DNA from: an uncultured virus (IMG/VR IMGVR_UViG_3300030329_003231)
Taxonomy: Duplodnaviria > Heunggongvirae > Uroviricota > Caudoviricetes
Length of the DNA stretch: 58,816 bases
Virus record (IMG/VR): IMGVR_UViG_3300030329_003231
Strand: one strand, 5' to 3'
In this document: in pieces, positions 48,289 to 58,814 of the stretch
Layout: each line of letters begins with the position of its first letter
Position numbering within the stretch: the first letter of the stretch is position 1
Translations under genes and position numbers: made by a program
The notes under the pieces: model-generated
Databases searched by the model: none
What the model saw: the letters and a program-made list of their open reading frames with translations, nothing else
Told to the model about the DNA's origin: nothing

Positions 48289-48905
48289 TAAGAAAAACTA
48301 AACAAAAATTCATTAACTAAACGTTGTGCCTTATCTTTACCAAATTTACCAGCTAAGTATCCGGCCACAGGATCTAGTTTAGTCATATAAGTATCAAACT
48401 CCTTATAAACAGAGTAATCTGTTCCCGTAGGTTTATCTAATTCTACCATCTCCTTATACTTGGTCAAGTATTTTTTAAACATATCCAGATGTTCATTTAC
48501 TTCTGCCATAGTACAATAAGCCACATAGATATTTTCTGAGAAATGATTACCTGGTTCAAAGAACCTGATATCACCCTCAAACTTTGGTAATCCATCTACC
48601 TTATAAGGATAATTCTCTTTTGGATGTTGAAAATCAAATACAATAATAACTTTCTTATCAAAGAATCCCATCAAATCCATGCCAAAACAGGGAAGGTTAC
48701 TTCCCGTCTTAGGATAAATTATATTATTATAGATACAGGACTTATCACTATAAATTTCAACTTCCCGTGATTTAATTATATAAGAATTATGAAATAACTG
48801 AGCAACCAGAGTAGTATCTTTACTCTTCCAATATCCCCACCTCAAAATCTTATTCATCGGAAAGATGTCAAAGAGAGCTGCTTTATAGTCTGACCACAGA
48901 TTCAT
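48288..48905 (-). CDS. pebS: phycoerythrobilin synthase (ferredoxin-dependent bilin reductase)
   Basis: YPKTGSNLPCFGMDLM, VIIVFDFQHP, RFFEPGNHFS, FDTYMTKLDPV. Confidence 0.92.
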   Translation of the reverse strand: MNLWSDYKAALFDIFPMNKILRWGYWKSKDTTLVAQLFHNSYIIKSREVEIYSDKSCIYNNIIYPKTGSNLPCFGMDLMGFFDKKVIIVFDFQHPKENYPYKVDGLPKFEGDIRFFEPGNHFSENIYVAYCTMAEVNEHLDMFKKYLTKYKEMVELDKPTGTDYSVYKEFDTYMTKLDPVAGYLAGKFGKDKAQRLVNEFLFSFS

Positions 48906-49582
48906 ATGTCAGGATAAAATTTTTCAATCTCCTCTCTATAAAGTTTTCTCACATTCTCCAAGAGTTTAAGAGTTGGTTTTAATTTCCGACCTTCATCAGG
49001 TTGTCCCCAATATTGAGTATCTTCTTTCATCTTCACTTCCACTCCGATTATCTCACTTAACCACTCAGAGAAATTGTCTTTAAATCCATCCTCAAATCTC
49101 CATATATGAGTCTTATCTGAAAGATAATCTAATTGAGATCTATACCAATTCTTGGATTCGTCAAAAGGAAAATTTCTTAACATAGGATAAAAATAATTCT
49201 CATCCTCCATTAACTCCTGACATTCTTTAAGACTTTCTTCCGTATATTCTCCTGTATCATTTGCCATTCCATATATTCTATTAATATAAATGGATGCAGA
49301 AATAAACCTTTTAAGAGGATTTCTTATAATGGATACATGAGGTATACCTTCACAATCCAAATATTTTTCATAATAGGATCTATGAAAATGTCCTAATTCT
49401 ATTTCACCTTCTGGTCCGTCAACGGACTCAAACATCCTTTCTATTCCAAACTTCTCCCAATCATCACACCATTCAAATTCATTATTAACAATCAAGTTAG
49501 TCTCTACAAATCTTCCTGCGGTTCTAGGAATATGAATAAAAAGAAATCTTTTACCCGTAGGTATATGTCTAAATGTAGCCAT
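48902..49582 (-). CDS. sulfotransferase family 2 protein
   Basis: HIPRTAG, RNPLKRFISA. Confidence 0.8.
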   Translation of the reverse strand: MATFRHIPTGKRFLFIHIPRTAGRFVETNLIVNNEFEWCDDWEKFGIERMFESVDGPEGEIELGHFHRSYYEKYLDCEGIPHVSIIRNPLKRFISASIYINRIYGMANDTGEYTEESLKECQELMEDENYFYPMLRNFPFDESKNWYRSQLDYLSDKTHIWRFEDGFKDNFSEWLSEIIGVEVKMKEDTQYWGQPDEGRKLKPTLKLLENVRKLYREEIEKFYPDI

Positions 49583-50212
49583 TTATTTTAATTCTGGATA
49601 GAGTTGCTCAATATCTTCCAAGCAAAACCTTCTAATATTGTGAATCAATTTATCAGTTTTGTCAAGTTTAAATCCTTCATAATCATTAGTAGCATAATTC
49701 ACATAAGGATCTATTTCAAAAGGAACTCCCAGTTTTTCACTTACCCAATAACCAAAGTCTGTACCCAATCCTTTTTCAAATTTCCATAGATGAGTCTTTT
49801 CAGTTAGGAAATCCACCTGCGGTCTCCACCAACTCAAAGTTTCCGATTGAGGAAAATTCTTTATAATAGATACCATCTCATCATAATCTTCCAATCTCTC
49901 TTGCACCTGACGACCATAAACCGTAATCAAATAGGTCGATGCTGAAAAGAATTTATCAATAGGATTTCTAATAACAGCAATTTGTTCTATTCCTTCTATG
50001 TCACAATGCTTCTCATATAAATCTCGATGAAAATGTGCTATCTCACAATCATCTATGAATGAATGTTGGTAATGAGGTATCCCATAATAATCTATTGGTT
50101 CTACTGCCCATCCATTCTTCTCTAAATTTACTTCTATAAATCTCCCACCAGTTCTAGGTATATGAACAAAAAGAAATCTTTTACCTGACTCATGTTTATA
50201 GGTTGCCATCAA
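49583..50212 (-). CDS. sulfotransferase family 2 protein
   Basis: HIPRTGG, RNPIDKFFSA, WRPQ. Confidence 0.8.
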   Translation of the reverse strand: MMATYKHESGKRFLFVHIPRTGGRFIEVNLEKNGWAVEPIDYYGIPHYQHSFIDDCEIAHFHRDLYEKHCDIEGIEQIAVIRNPIDKFFSASTYLITVYGRQVQERLEDYDEMVSIIKNFPQSETLSWWRPQVDFLTEKTHLWKFEKGLGTDFGYWVSEKLGVPFEIDPYVNYATNDYEGFKLDKTDKLIHNIRRFCLEDIEQLYPELK

Positions 50213-51921
50213 TCAACCATCCTACTAAATCCTTTCACCTTCTCAAACTTTATCATGCTTTCAAATTTATCTTCCATTCCTGTCTTATGAGATATGACAA
50301 AAATATTTGCATCCTTAATAACATACCTAATAATTTTAAGGAACTCTTCTGTTCCCATACCATCTAATGAACTATCAAACACCTCATCCATTATAAGAAG
50401 ATTGGTATTAACGGAATTCTTCATTCTAGCAACTTCTCTCCATGTAAACAAGAGTGCTAGATCGATCCGCATTTTCTCACCTTCCGAAAAAGAAGCATAA
50501 GAAAAATCCTCATGAATAGGGGACTGTACGGTTTCGTTAAATTCCTCATCAAGAGTAAAGTTAATGTAGAAGTCCATCATCTGTAGATAACGGTTTACTT
50601 GCTGATTTATCAGCGGTAGATACTTCTTGATGATTTTAGATTTAACTCCACCGTCTTTAAGTAAACTATACGCAAAATCGTGATAGTTTATAGTGTCCTT
50701 CCGTGAAGATAAGTCGTCGTATGTAGTTGTTAAATTGTCCTTGAAGGTTGCTAACTTGTCATGCTCAGTATTTCTGTTTGCAAGTTGTTCGGTAATTCTT
50801 TGAATTTCCGATTCCAGATCCCTGATTTGGCGTTGACACCCAGAGATGCGAGTATTGTTTTTAGAAATGCCATGCGTTAGTTGAGTAATCTCCTTTGATA
50901 GGGCAGTGAATTGATGCTCTCGCTCTTCTTCGTTTTTAATTGCCTCCTCTAGTTCTTTATAACCAGATTGCAACTCTTTTGCTTTATTTTGAGCATCCTT
51001 AATCCTATTTATTCTAAACTCCTCTTCGATGTCCTGATCGCATGTGGGACAAACCGTATTGTCGGTAAAAAATTTATGCTCTTTTGTAATAGTAGATACC
51101 TTATTAGAAATCTTACCTTTTAATCCTCCTAAGGTACGTAGTTTCTCAGTAGCACCTGTTACCTTTTCTTGCTTCTTTATCAAATCCGAGATGTCACATT
51201 CCTTAATAGTATTCATCTCCATATGAGTAGCTACTTCTACTTCTAATTCTTTAATTTTTCCATTCTTATCTTCAATATCTTCTTTTCCACGAGATTCTAT
51301 CTCATTGATAAAATCTTCTTGCATTCGTACCTTATCAGTAAGAGACTCTTTCTTTAAAGATAAGGTTTTAATTTCTTCCCTCAACACACGAATCTTATCT
51401 TTAATCAAATTATTCATAGAAGAGAAAATCTTAATATCCAATAGATCTTCAATAACTTCTCTCCTATTAGAAGCAGACAATTGCATGAATGGCACAAATG
51501 TACTAGAACCTAAAATAACGATTTGAGTAAAAGATTTATAGTTCATCTTCAACACATTCTGTTCCAACCATTTCTGCTGATCATTAGCAGATGAAAATTG
51601 ATCTAGTACGGTACCATTACGATGAATCTCAAAACTATTAGGTTTTATTCCCCTTATAACTTTCCACTCAGTTGATCCCGTCGAAAATTCCACCTCAACC
51701 TTACAATCCTTTTCATTAACAGTATTAACTAACTGACCCTTACTAATCTTACGAAATGGTTTATTAAAAAGACTAAACGTTAATGCATCTAAAACTGTAC
51801 TTTTTCCCGCACCATTAGTTCCCACAATTAATGTGGTATCCTTTTGTGTTAAATCTATCTCAATATAGTGATTACCAGTAGATAGAAAATTCTTCCACCG
51901 TATTTTCTCAAATATAATCAT
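50209..51921 (-). CDS. gp46: recombination endonuclease subunit (gp46, Rad50-like)
   Basis: GTNGAGKS, CPTC hook, FSEGEK, LIMDEVFD, ISH. Confidence 0.96.
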   Translation of the reverse strand: MIIFEKIRWKNFLSTGNHYIEIDLTQKDTTLIVGTNGAGKSTVLDALTFSLFNKPFRKISKGQLVNTVNEKDCKVEVEFSTGSTEWKVIRGIKPNSFEIHRNGTVLDQFSSANDQQKWLEQNVLKMNYKSFTQIVILGSSTFVPFMQLSASNRREVIEDLLDIKIFSSMNNLIKDKIRVLREEIKTLSLKKESLTDKVRMQEDFINEIESRGKEDIEDKNGKIKELEVEVATHMEMNTIKECDISDLIKKQEKVTGATEKLRTLGGLKGKISNKVSTITKEHKFFTDNTVCPTCDQDIEEEFRINRIKDAQNKAKELQSGYKELEEAIKNEEEREHQFTALSKEITQLTHGISKNNTRISGCQRQIRDLESEIQRITEQLANRNTEHDKLATFKDNLTTTYDDLSSRKDTINYHDFAYSLLKDGGVKSKIIKKYLPLINQQVNRYLQMMDFYINFTLDEEFNETVQSPIHEDFSYASFSEGEKMRIDLALLFTWREVARMKNSVNTNLLIMDEVFDSSLDGMGTEEFLKIIRYVIKDANIFVISHKTGMEDKFESMIKFEKVKGFSRMVD

Positions 51922-52180
51922 TACTTAGAGGCGGAGGAATAACAATGTCATCAGGAGTAATAACTGTATAGTTATATCCATGCATTTCACATGTTTTAAT
52001 CATTATAGCATCTTCAACTTCCATAACATGCATTTCAGGATAATTATCCTCTTCTAATTGCATAGCAAATCTCATCGCATCATCTTCTTCCTCAAACAAA
52101 TAAAGTATTTGATCCCCATCCTCATCTGTTACTGAGTAAGCTCCTTCTCTTTCTTTTCCCGCAATAGTTAGAATAAACAT
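51908..52180 (-). CDS. conserved cyanophage hypothetical protein
   Basis: EGAYSV...LFEEEDDAMRFA...VIPP. Confidence 0.75.
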   Translation of the reverse strand: MFILTIAGKEREGAYSVTDEDGDQILYLFEEEDDAMRFAMQLEEDNYPEMHVMEVEDAIMIKTCEMHGYNYTVITPDDIVIPPPLSNDYI

Positions 52181-53220
52181 TAAACCAACTCACATGCCTC
52201 TTGATAAGTATGTTGCATTATCTTTTGAATACGAGATTTATCTAAATCTATTTCTGCCTCCTCAATATACCTATTAAGAATGGACATAGTATCCTCAGAT
52301 TCAAATGCTTCAAATTCCTTACTTTCTTGAAAATCAAAATTCTCAACTACTTTAAGTTCTGCCACATTGGAAGAATAAAGCTTATCTACGAATTTTTCAA
52401 ATTGTTTAAGATTAGATTTTTTACGAACAATTAATTTTACAATCTTATCTTCATATTGTCTAGTATCAAAAGTCTGATAGGGAGTATCCTCATAATAAAT
52501 TTTAGAAAAAATACTATAAGGATTATTAACGGGAGTATGTTCTAAGGTCTCGGTATCAAATAAATGAAATCCTCTTTGATCTCCTATATCATTCCAAAAC
52601 ATCTCATAAGGATTTCCCAAATAATAAATGTTCTCTTGATTTGATCTCGTATGAAAATGACCTGAATATACCTTCTTAAATTTACCAAAAGGTTTATAAT
52701 CAAAACCATGTTCCATTATCACATATTCATTTACCTTAAATCCTTTTAATTCAAGATGTCCCATACACACAGGAGAAGTTGATTTTTTAATCATCCTCAA
52801 AGTTTGTGCTTCATTCTCCTTATTAATCCAAGGTACAAGAAGAATACTTAAATTATCTACTCGTATAGAAGTAGTTTCTGAATAAATTTTTACATTATCA
52901 TATTCACGCAATAATAAATCAATTGCATTTATATCATTTGTATTCTTATAATAAGCAGTATGATTACCAACAATAGTATGAACTTCACATCCCATTTCTT
53001 TAAGACGATCAAAGTAATGATCCTTTGACCAAGCTAGGGCAGAAAAATCGATACCTTTACGACTGTCGAATGTGTCACCCATATCGATAATCGTAGTAAT
53101 CCCCTCCTTCTCCAAGGTAGGAAAGAAAATATCCTCATAAAACTTTAAGAAATAATCATGGAATAGTTTAGAATTTTTACGAGCACCAAAGTGCTGATCT
53201 GTAATTATTGCTATTTTCAT
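52180..53220 (-). CDS. gp47: recombination endonuclease subunit (gp47, Mre11-like)
   Basis: TDQHFG, GDTFD, GNH, GHLE, SGHFH. Confidence 0.95.
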   Translation of the reverse strand: MKIAIITDQHFGARKNSKLFHDYFLKFYEDIFFPTLEKEGITTIIDMGDTFDSRKGIDFSALAWSKDHYFDRLKEMGCEVHTIVGNHTAYYKNTNDINAIDLLLREYDNVKIYSETTSIRVDNLSILLVPWINKENEAQTLRMIKKSTSPVCMGHLELKGFKVNEYVIMEHGFDYKPFGKFKKVYSGHFHTRSNQENIYYLGNPYEMFWNDIGDQRGFHLFDTETLEHTPVNNPYSIFSKIYYEDTPYQTFDTRQYEDKIVKLIVRKKSNLKQFEKFVDKLYSSNVAELKVVENFDFQESKEFEAFESEDTMSILNRYIEEAEIDLDKSRIQKIMQHTYQEACELV

Positions 53221-53753
53221 TCTCTGTTTATTACTAAATTACCAGATAAAGTTATACGAGTATCCTTAAATCTATGTTTAGGAACATGATGCATTAGATA
53301 TGCAGGGAAAGCAACAAAGGTTCCTTCTTTAGGTCTAATCATTTTCGCAGTATCCGTAAAAACAAGAGGAGGATAATACCATTTTGATTTCACAAAATAT
53401 GCAAAACTAAAATCATAAGGTTTATGACAATGAGATTGTGCATGGTCCCCCCTCTCATATACATTTGCCCAGAAATTTTTACATATTAACCTAGGTCTAC
53501 CCCCACCTGACATAGAACCGGGCTTAAAATATTTTTCTATTTCCTCCCTAATAAATGATTTAAGATTTCTAAACGTAATGTTATTTGGCTCCCAATCCCA
53601 CTCAGTATGAATAGATGCTTTTACATTACTATTATCCTGAGGTATAGGATTACAAACTTTTAATAAAGATAAAACTTCACTTTTTACTTTATCAGCAAAT
53701 TGATATTCACCTTTAATAATATCTGCCTTATGTTTAACAGAAATTATTTCCAT
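53217..53753 (-). CDS. putative 2OG-Fe(II) oxygenase (TIGR02466-like)
   Basis: WANVY..HCH..FSFAYF..FPAYLMHHV..RITLSGN. Confidence 0.8.
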   Translation of the reverse strand: MEIISVKHKADIIKGEYQFADKVKSEVLSLLKVCNPIPQDNSNVKASIHTEWDWEPNNITFRNLKSFIREEIEKYFKPGSMSGGGRPRLICKNFWANVYERGDHAQSHCHKPYDFSFAYFVKSKWYYPPLVFTDTAKMIRPKEGTFVAFPAYLMHHVPKHRFKDTRITLSGNLVINRE

Positions 53754-54302
53754 TCAGCCACGCAATTTAGAATGAACATTATCCTTGATCTGATTATAAT
53801 CGGAATAAGTTGATCCGTCAATCTGATTATTATCATCAAATACTTCTGAATAACCAGACTTTTCAAGAATTTTATTCTTAATTTCTAATTGTCGTTTTTC
53901 TCTTTGTATTCTGCGGAGAAACGCATAATGAATGATCTGCGTAAAGTAAGCAAAAGGATTTTTGGATTTCTCAGGATCAAAATTATGTATGTACTGAACG
54001 CAATTTTCGATTCCATCGGATATCATGTCCTCCTTGAACATGTAATTAACAAAGTTTGGTTTAAATGATAAATGGTTAGCAATCTTTAAAAAACAATCTC
54101 CAATATAGCGAGGAATAACAGGTTTAGTATCCCATGCCTTAGATCTATCTTCTTTTAAAGGTTCTCTACCATACTTTTGAATAAAAGTAATTTCAACATC
54201 GTCTCTATACTTTACTAATGCAGTAAGAAACTCTTTATTATTCACATAGTGCTCAGACCTTTTTGTCCGCCTCGCCATAGTTCTACCTGCAGCTATTGCC
54301 AT
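53754..54302 (-). CDS. gp55: late-transcription sigma factor (T4 gp55)
   Basis: HYVNNKEF, MISDGIENC, NPFAYFTQI. Confidence 0.95.
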   Translation of the reverse strand: MAIAAGRTMARRTKRSEHYVNNKEFLTALVKYRDDVEITFIQKYGREPLKEDRSKAWDTKPVIPRYIGDCFLKIANHLSFKPNFVNYMFKEDMISDGIENCVQYIHNFDPEKSKNPFAYFTQIIHYAFLRRIQREKRQLEIKNKILEKSGYSEVFDDNNQIDGSTYSDYNQIKDNVHSKLRG

Positions 54303-54405
54303 AAGTCTTTATCACTACTATGTAGATAGTATAACATTTCTTAGTAGACTTGACAAGTTTAGATTATACTATTACAATACCTTTGTAGGGTTTCTGGGAC
54401 AGGGG

Positions 54406-54813
54406 CTAACTATTAGTATTATCTTTTTTAAATAATTTTTCTAAGGAATCTCTGGTTTCATCTACTGTTCCAAGATATCCCATTCTTCTATTAATCTTTA
54501 AATTATTTTTTCTATCACTTTCAGTATCTTTTAAATATCTTTTATACATCGTAATCATTTCTAGATCAGCAGATTCAGATAGAGTCAAAATATTATCTAT
54601 ATTAATAATAAACATATCTTCTCTACTGGTTTTTAACCAGGGTTCTACTTTATATCCGACTATTCCACTTTTTCCTTTAATTTCTCCTATAATAATTGGA
54701 TGATGAATAATTAACAGAGTTCTATCTTCTTCTTCCGAAGCAGCAACCTTAGCAAATATTTCTTCGCCAGATTTAAATTTTATTGTTGCATAGAAATCAT
54801 CTTCGATTGACAT
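54406..54813 (-). CDS. conserved cyanophage hypothetical protein
   Basis: ATIKFKSGEEIFAKV...EPWLK...MGYL; located between uvsW and gp55. Confidence 0.8.
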   Translation of the reverse strand: MSIEDDFYATIKFKSGEEIFAKVAASEEEDRTLLIIHHPIIIGEIKGKSGIVGYKVEPWLKTSREDMFIINIDNILTLSESADLEMITMYKRYLKDTESDRKNNLKINRRMGYLGTVDETRDSLEKLFKKDNTNS

Positions 54814-54816
54814 GGT

Positions 54817-56295
54817 TTATTTTCCTTTTAATTGTATAGTGATTATTTCATAATTAAAATTCTCTTCATTGTAAATTTTAATTCTTTCAATAAAATGATT
54901 GAGGGTGTAATTTCTCCTTGATTTGTAAGTACAATCATCGGATATATCATAGAGGATCGCTTTTACTTTGTTTGATCCTTTTCTAAGAACTCGTCCAATA
55001 CTTTGCAAGTTGCGAATGCGTGATTTACTTGGAGAAGCAAAGATAACATTATGGAGATTTTTAATATTGATACCAGTTGAGAATGTACCGTAGGAGGCAA
55101 CGATGATTGCATTATTCTCTTTTTCAGTAATCTCTCGAACTAGTTCTCTTTCTTCAGCATCAACACCACCGTGAACAAAGAATACTTTTCGATCAGTTTG
55201 TTTATTTGTATTTATTAAATCATATAATACTGCTCCATGTGTTTCTACTCTACTGTATAATATCAGACTGTTTCCTTTTAAATCTAATGCCAAATTTTTT
55301 ATAAAGTTATTTCTTTGTTCATGGGTAATTAAATATTCTATTTCATCATGATAAGTTTCAAATTTCTGTTCAGAATGTTTTAATACAATACATTGAATAT
55401 CTAATTGAGAAAGATGCCCTTGTCTCATTAATTCTTCTGTTTTTGTAACCTTGTATGATGGTCCAAAGAGTCCTTCTAACACCCACTTGTGCGTCTGTGT
55501 GCCGTCTAATGTTCCAGTAAAACCAAATCTATACTTAGCATGATGTAATTTTGTCATTATAGATACTAAGGACTTACTTTTAAATAAGTGAGCCTCATCT
55601 CCTATAACTACATTATAGTCTTCAAAGAAAGATCTTTCTAATTTATAAACAGATTGCCATGTAGTAATAGTAACGGGATATTCATTTGTTCTTTCTTTAC
55701 CTCCATATATACGGTGACAGTATGACTCAGAATGCCAACCATAGTCTTCAAAATCTTTATACATCTGCTCTACAAGAGATGTCGTGGGAACGACTAAGAG
55801 TATTTTTTGTTTCTTCGCTACATAATATCTTACAAGAGCGTATATCATCAAAGATTTGCCTGAGGCAGTGGGTGATATCAATAATTTTCTATTATGTTTT
55901 AAGGCATCGTATACTCCCTCAATTTGGTATTTTCTTGGAGTTTGACGACAAATAGATTTCATATAGTCTTTGACACCTTCAAATGATATTCCTTCATTAA
56001 TTTCAAAGGGAGCACCATAGTATTCATTATCTACAAATTTATAACTATAATCTTTTCTCTCACAAAAAGAAACAATACGATCTAACAAACCCACATAGAT
56101 TCGTTTAGATCGAAGATCAAATAAATGTATTTCGCCATTCCAATTCCTGTTCCTATATTGAGGCATGAACTTTGCACCCTCAACTTGGAAAGTAAAATAA
56201 TCCCTTAACTCATACTCGATATGAGGTTCTGAATCAATTCTTAAAAAGACTTCATTCGCTTTGGATATAATAAGATTGGCTGAAGTGTCAATCAC
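54817..56295 (-). CDS. uvsW: SF2 helicase UvsW
   Basis: PTASGKS, DEAH, TGT, QSIGRVLR. Confidence 0.96.
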   Translation of the reverse strand: MIDTSANLIISKANEVFLRIDSEPHIEYELRDYFTFQVEGAKFMPQYRNRNWNGEIHLFDLRSKRIYVGLLDRIVSFCERKDYSYKFVDNEYYGAPFEINEGISFEGVKDYMKSICRQTPRKYQIEGVYDALKHNRKLLISPTASGKSLMIYALVRYYVAKKQKILLVVPTTSLVEQMYKDFEDYGWHSESYCHRIYGGKERTNEYPVTITTWQSVYKLERSFFEDYNVVIGDEAHLFKSKSLVSIMTKLHHAKYRFGFTGTLDGTQTHKWVLEGLFGPSYKVTKTEELMRQGHLSQLDIQCIVLKHSEQKFETYHDEIEYLITHEQRNNFIKNLALDLKGNSLILYSRVETHGAVLYDLINTNKQTDRKVFFVHGGVDAEERELVREITEKENNAIIVASYGTFSTGINIKNLHNVIFASPSKSRIRNLQSIGRVLRKGSNKVKAILYDISDDCTYKSRRNYTLNHFIERIKIYNEENFNYEIITIQLKGK

Positions 56296-56341
56296 CTACT
56301 CCATGCATCTATTAATATTTATTAAGGATTGTCAACCTTTA

Positions 56342-56899
56342 TTATTTGTTTACTGAATTAAAACTAACAACTATTCTTCCATCCATTTTATTAATAACAT
56401 TATCATTTCCATGTCTTAACCAACTAGGAAACAAGACTAACTGACAATTCTTAACAGGAATCCAATGATATTCATAATTGTATGGAGTAAGATCCTTTCT
56501 TGGAGTAAAATATACATATGGATTGGGATTATGAAAATATAGTTTATCATCTTCTGCTACATTAATATACAAAGCACCAGAAATATCACATCCAGCATGT
56601 GAGTGTTGTTTTAATTTACTTCCAGAATTCTGAATATTAGACCATATATCTAATATCTTACTGGGGAAATTACCACATGTTTCATTATATTCATCTAATG
56701 CAGACTGAATACGATCTTGAATCTTTTTATCCACAAACTTGGGAGATTTTCTATGGGTAGAATAACCTTCACCAATAATAGATTCATGGGGATGGTGATC
56801 AATTTTCTTAATACGATCCCATAATTGGAGTCTTTCTTTAGAAGTTATAAAATCAACTTTACTTCCTATAGGAGTTGGAAATAGAGGTACAATATTCAT
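56342..56899 (-). CDS. putative 2OG-Fe(II) oxygenase (TIGR02466-like)
   Basis: WSN..HSH..ISGALY..FPSWLRH..RIVVSFN. Confidence 0.8.
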   Translation of the reverse strand: MNIVPLFPTPIGSKVDFITSKERLQLWDRIKKIDHHPHESIIGEGYSTHRKSPKFVDKKIQDRIQSALDEYNETCGNFPSKILDIWSNIQNSGSKLKQHSHAGCDISGALYINVAEDDKLYFHNPNPYVYFTPRKDLTPYNYEYHWIPVKNCQLVLFPSWLRHGNDNVINKMDGRIVVSFNSVNK

Positions 56900-57333
56900 C
56901 CTAATCCCGAATTAAATCTCATAAACTCAATTGCATTCTTAATTTGATATGTCCTATTCTGTATCACTTTAAGAATGCTTTCAATATATGTAAGCATTGT
57001 ATCATAATAATCTATCTTTAGAGAGGTATTGGACAGTTTCTCATCTGCATCCAAATACTTCTGCATGGTATCCTTATCTCTTATCTTCTTCGGAAAAGGA
57101 TTCTCTACATATACTTCTGGATCTGCTTTCCCACTAAAATACTCATACCGTTCATGACGGATATTCTTCCTTTGTTGCTCTGCTTTTTTTCTTAAAAGGA
57201 ATATAGTATTATATAATTCAAAATATTTTGCATGGAGAGAGGGGATATTTAATGACTCTTCGTGTAGATTATCACGATCTATTTTGGAATCTTTTTCCCA
57301 CATCTCTTGAAGCACTTCAAGAGTTATATTCAT
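56896..57333 (-). CDS. uvsY: recombination mediator UvsY
   Basis: WEKDSKID, IPSLHAKY, YQIKNAIEF; synteny. Confidence 0.9.
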   Translation of the reverse strand: MNITLEVLQEMWEKDSKIDRDNLHEESLNIPSLHAKYFELYNTIFLLRKKAEQQRKNIRHERYEYFSGKADPEVYVENPFPKKIRDKDTMQKYLDADEKLSNTSLKIDYYDTMLTYIESILKVIQNRTYQIKNAIEFMRFNSGLG

Positions 57334-57336
57334 AAA

Positions 57337-57741
57337 TTAATTTTTCTTAATAAATTTTTTACTAAATTCTGATTCATCATAATCCTGTTTCCTAATCAAT
57401 GTTTTACGAAATTCTGGGTCATCATAATCAATTCCTTCTACATAATGGGGTGAATTTTTACTCATTGTTTTACGTCTTTGACTTTTTCCCCATCGAGGTG
57501 GATTATCAGGACATTTATACTGAGGAATACGACACTTTATAAACATCAAACACCCACATAATTTACACTGTTTAGTCAGATTTATAAAGTTTGGACAAGA
57601 TTGACATATTCTATATCTTTCTCGACTGTCTATGGCACATCCTAAATTTTCCTCCCACCACGCAAGAGTATCACTGGGATTTTGGAGTTGATGCCATAAA
57701 AGAGGAACTCCGTCATTATCAGGGGTTTCGGTCTCATACAC
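57337..57741 (-). CDS. Cys-rich hypothetical protein (DUF6171-like)
   Basis: RYRICQSCP...CKLCGCLM..K......CP....W. Confidence 0.7.
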   Translation of the reverse strand: MYETETPDNDGVPLLWHQLQNPSDTLAWWEENLGCAIDSRERYRICQSCPNFINLTKQCKLCGCLMFIKCRIPQYKCPDNPPRWGKSQRRKTMSKNSPHYVEGIDYDDPEFRKTLIRKQDYDESEFSKKFIKKN

Positions 57742-57750
57742 TATTATACA

Positions 57751-58335
57751 TTATAATGGATTATTTTCCAAATCGGTTATCTCGTAAATAGTATACTTAA
57801 AACTTACGTCTGCTGTAAAGTACTCGATATCTGTATCAGTTGCATCGAAAGTGACAGTTGAAAGAGAATAAGGGAAGAGATCATTGAATACTACCTGAAA
57901 TTTAGGGACAAGATTGCTACTTAATATTTGAAGTGTTCCATCAGAATATATTTCTTGGGGTGCTAATTGACCATAGTTAGTAGCAATATTTTCTTCACCT
58001 TCTTTTTCTAAATCATAAAATTCTTTTAGACTTTCTGGAAAACCTAATCCACGAATCCAATTCTGAATTTGCATATAATTTGTAAGGTCTTCATCAACTA
58101 AGAAACGAAGACTTAAATCACCAAACTGTATTTTATCACCAGGTGTTGGAATATTTTTTAAATAAGTAGGTTGTTCTGCTACCCCCAAATCCAATGAAGG
58201 AATATTTGCTTCATTACAAAAGAAAGCAACAGCAGGACTTCTTTTCAATGCAAATTTGAACCCAACAGGAGATAAAAAATTCCTATTTTCAATGGGATTC
58301 TTAGATGATCTAACAGGTCTTTTTCTAGTAGGCAT
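57751..58335 (-). CDS. gp3: tail completion/tube terminator protein (T4 gp3-like)
   Basis: NFLSPVGF, FLVDEDLTNY, SDGTL, FKYT. Confidence 0.85.
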   Translation of the reverse strand: MPTRKRPVRSSKNPIENRNFLSPVGFKFALKRSPAVAFFCNEANIPSLDLGVAEQPTYLKNIPTPGDKIQFGDLSLRFLVDEDLTNYMQIQNWIRGLGFPESLKEFYDLEKEGEENIATNYGQLAPQEIYSDGTLQILSSNLVPKFQVVFNDLFPYSLSTVTFDATDTDIEYFTADVSFKYTIYEITDLENNPL

Positions 58336-58484
58336 TACTCATCTCTAGACATTTGTTCTTCCAATTTTGCTTTGGCAGCTTTTACACCAGCAAGTCTCTC
58401 TTCCAGAGTATCTTCCCAACGTGTATACATTTTTAGTTTCCATTTTTGACGGTCTTCTCGACTCATCTTATTTTTACAGAACAT
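58335..58484 (-). CDS. 49-aa coiled-coil hypothetical protein
   Basis: Not in track. MFCKNKMSRE...LEERLAGVKAAKAKLEEQM; AAGGAG upstream. Confidence 0.6.
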   Translation of the reverse strand: MFCKNKMSREDRQKWKLKMYTRWEDTLEERLAGVKAAKAKLEEQMSRDE

Positions 58485-58502
58485 GGTAGAAAGCAGGTCT
58501 CC

Positions 58503-58814
58503 TTATTTATTTATGGTTCGTTGAGTAAAATCAATCCCTTCCATATGATCATACTCATGTTGAAATACTCTGGCACTAAATCCTTCTAATTTCCTTTTAA
58601 AAATATTTTTCCCTTCATCCTCATACTTTACAATGATTGAATCTGGTCGAGGTATTTTTAGAAATAAATCTGGATAGGATAAACACCCTTCTTCCATTAC
58701 AACTTGATTCTTTGATTCTTTTATAATTTTAGGATTAAAACAAGTTATAGTTTCTTGTGATTCTATATCTGTCATCATTACAAATGCTCTTTCGTTTATA
58801 CCTATTTGGTTAGC
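58503..58814 (-). CDS. def: peptide deformylase (5' end outside the window)
   Basis: ANQIG, EGCLS, QHEYDHMEG; ends soon after motif III. Confidence 0.92.
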   Translation of the reverse strand, partial: ANQIGINERAFVMMTDIESQETITCFNPKIIKESKNQVVMEEGCLSYPDLFLKIPRPDSIIVKYEDEGKNIFKRKLEGFSARVFQHEYDHMEGIDFTQRTINK

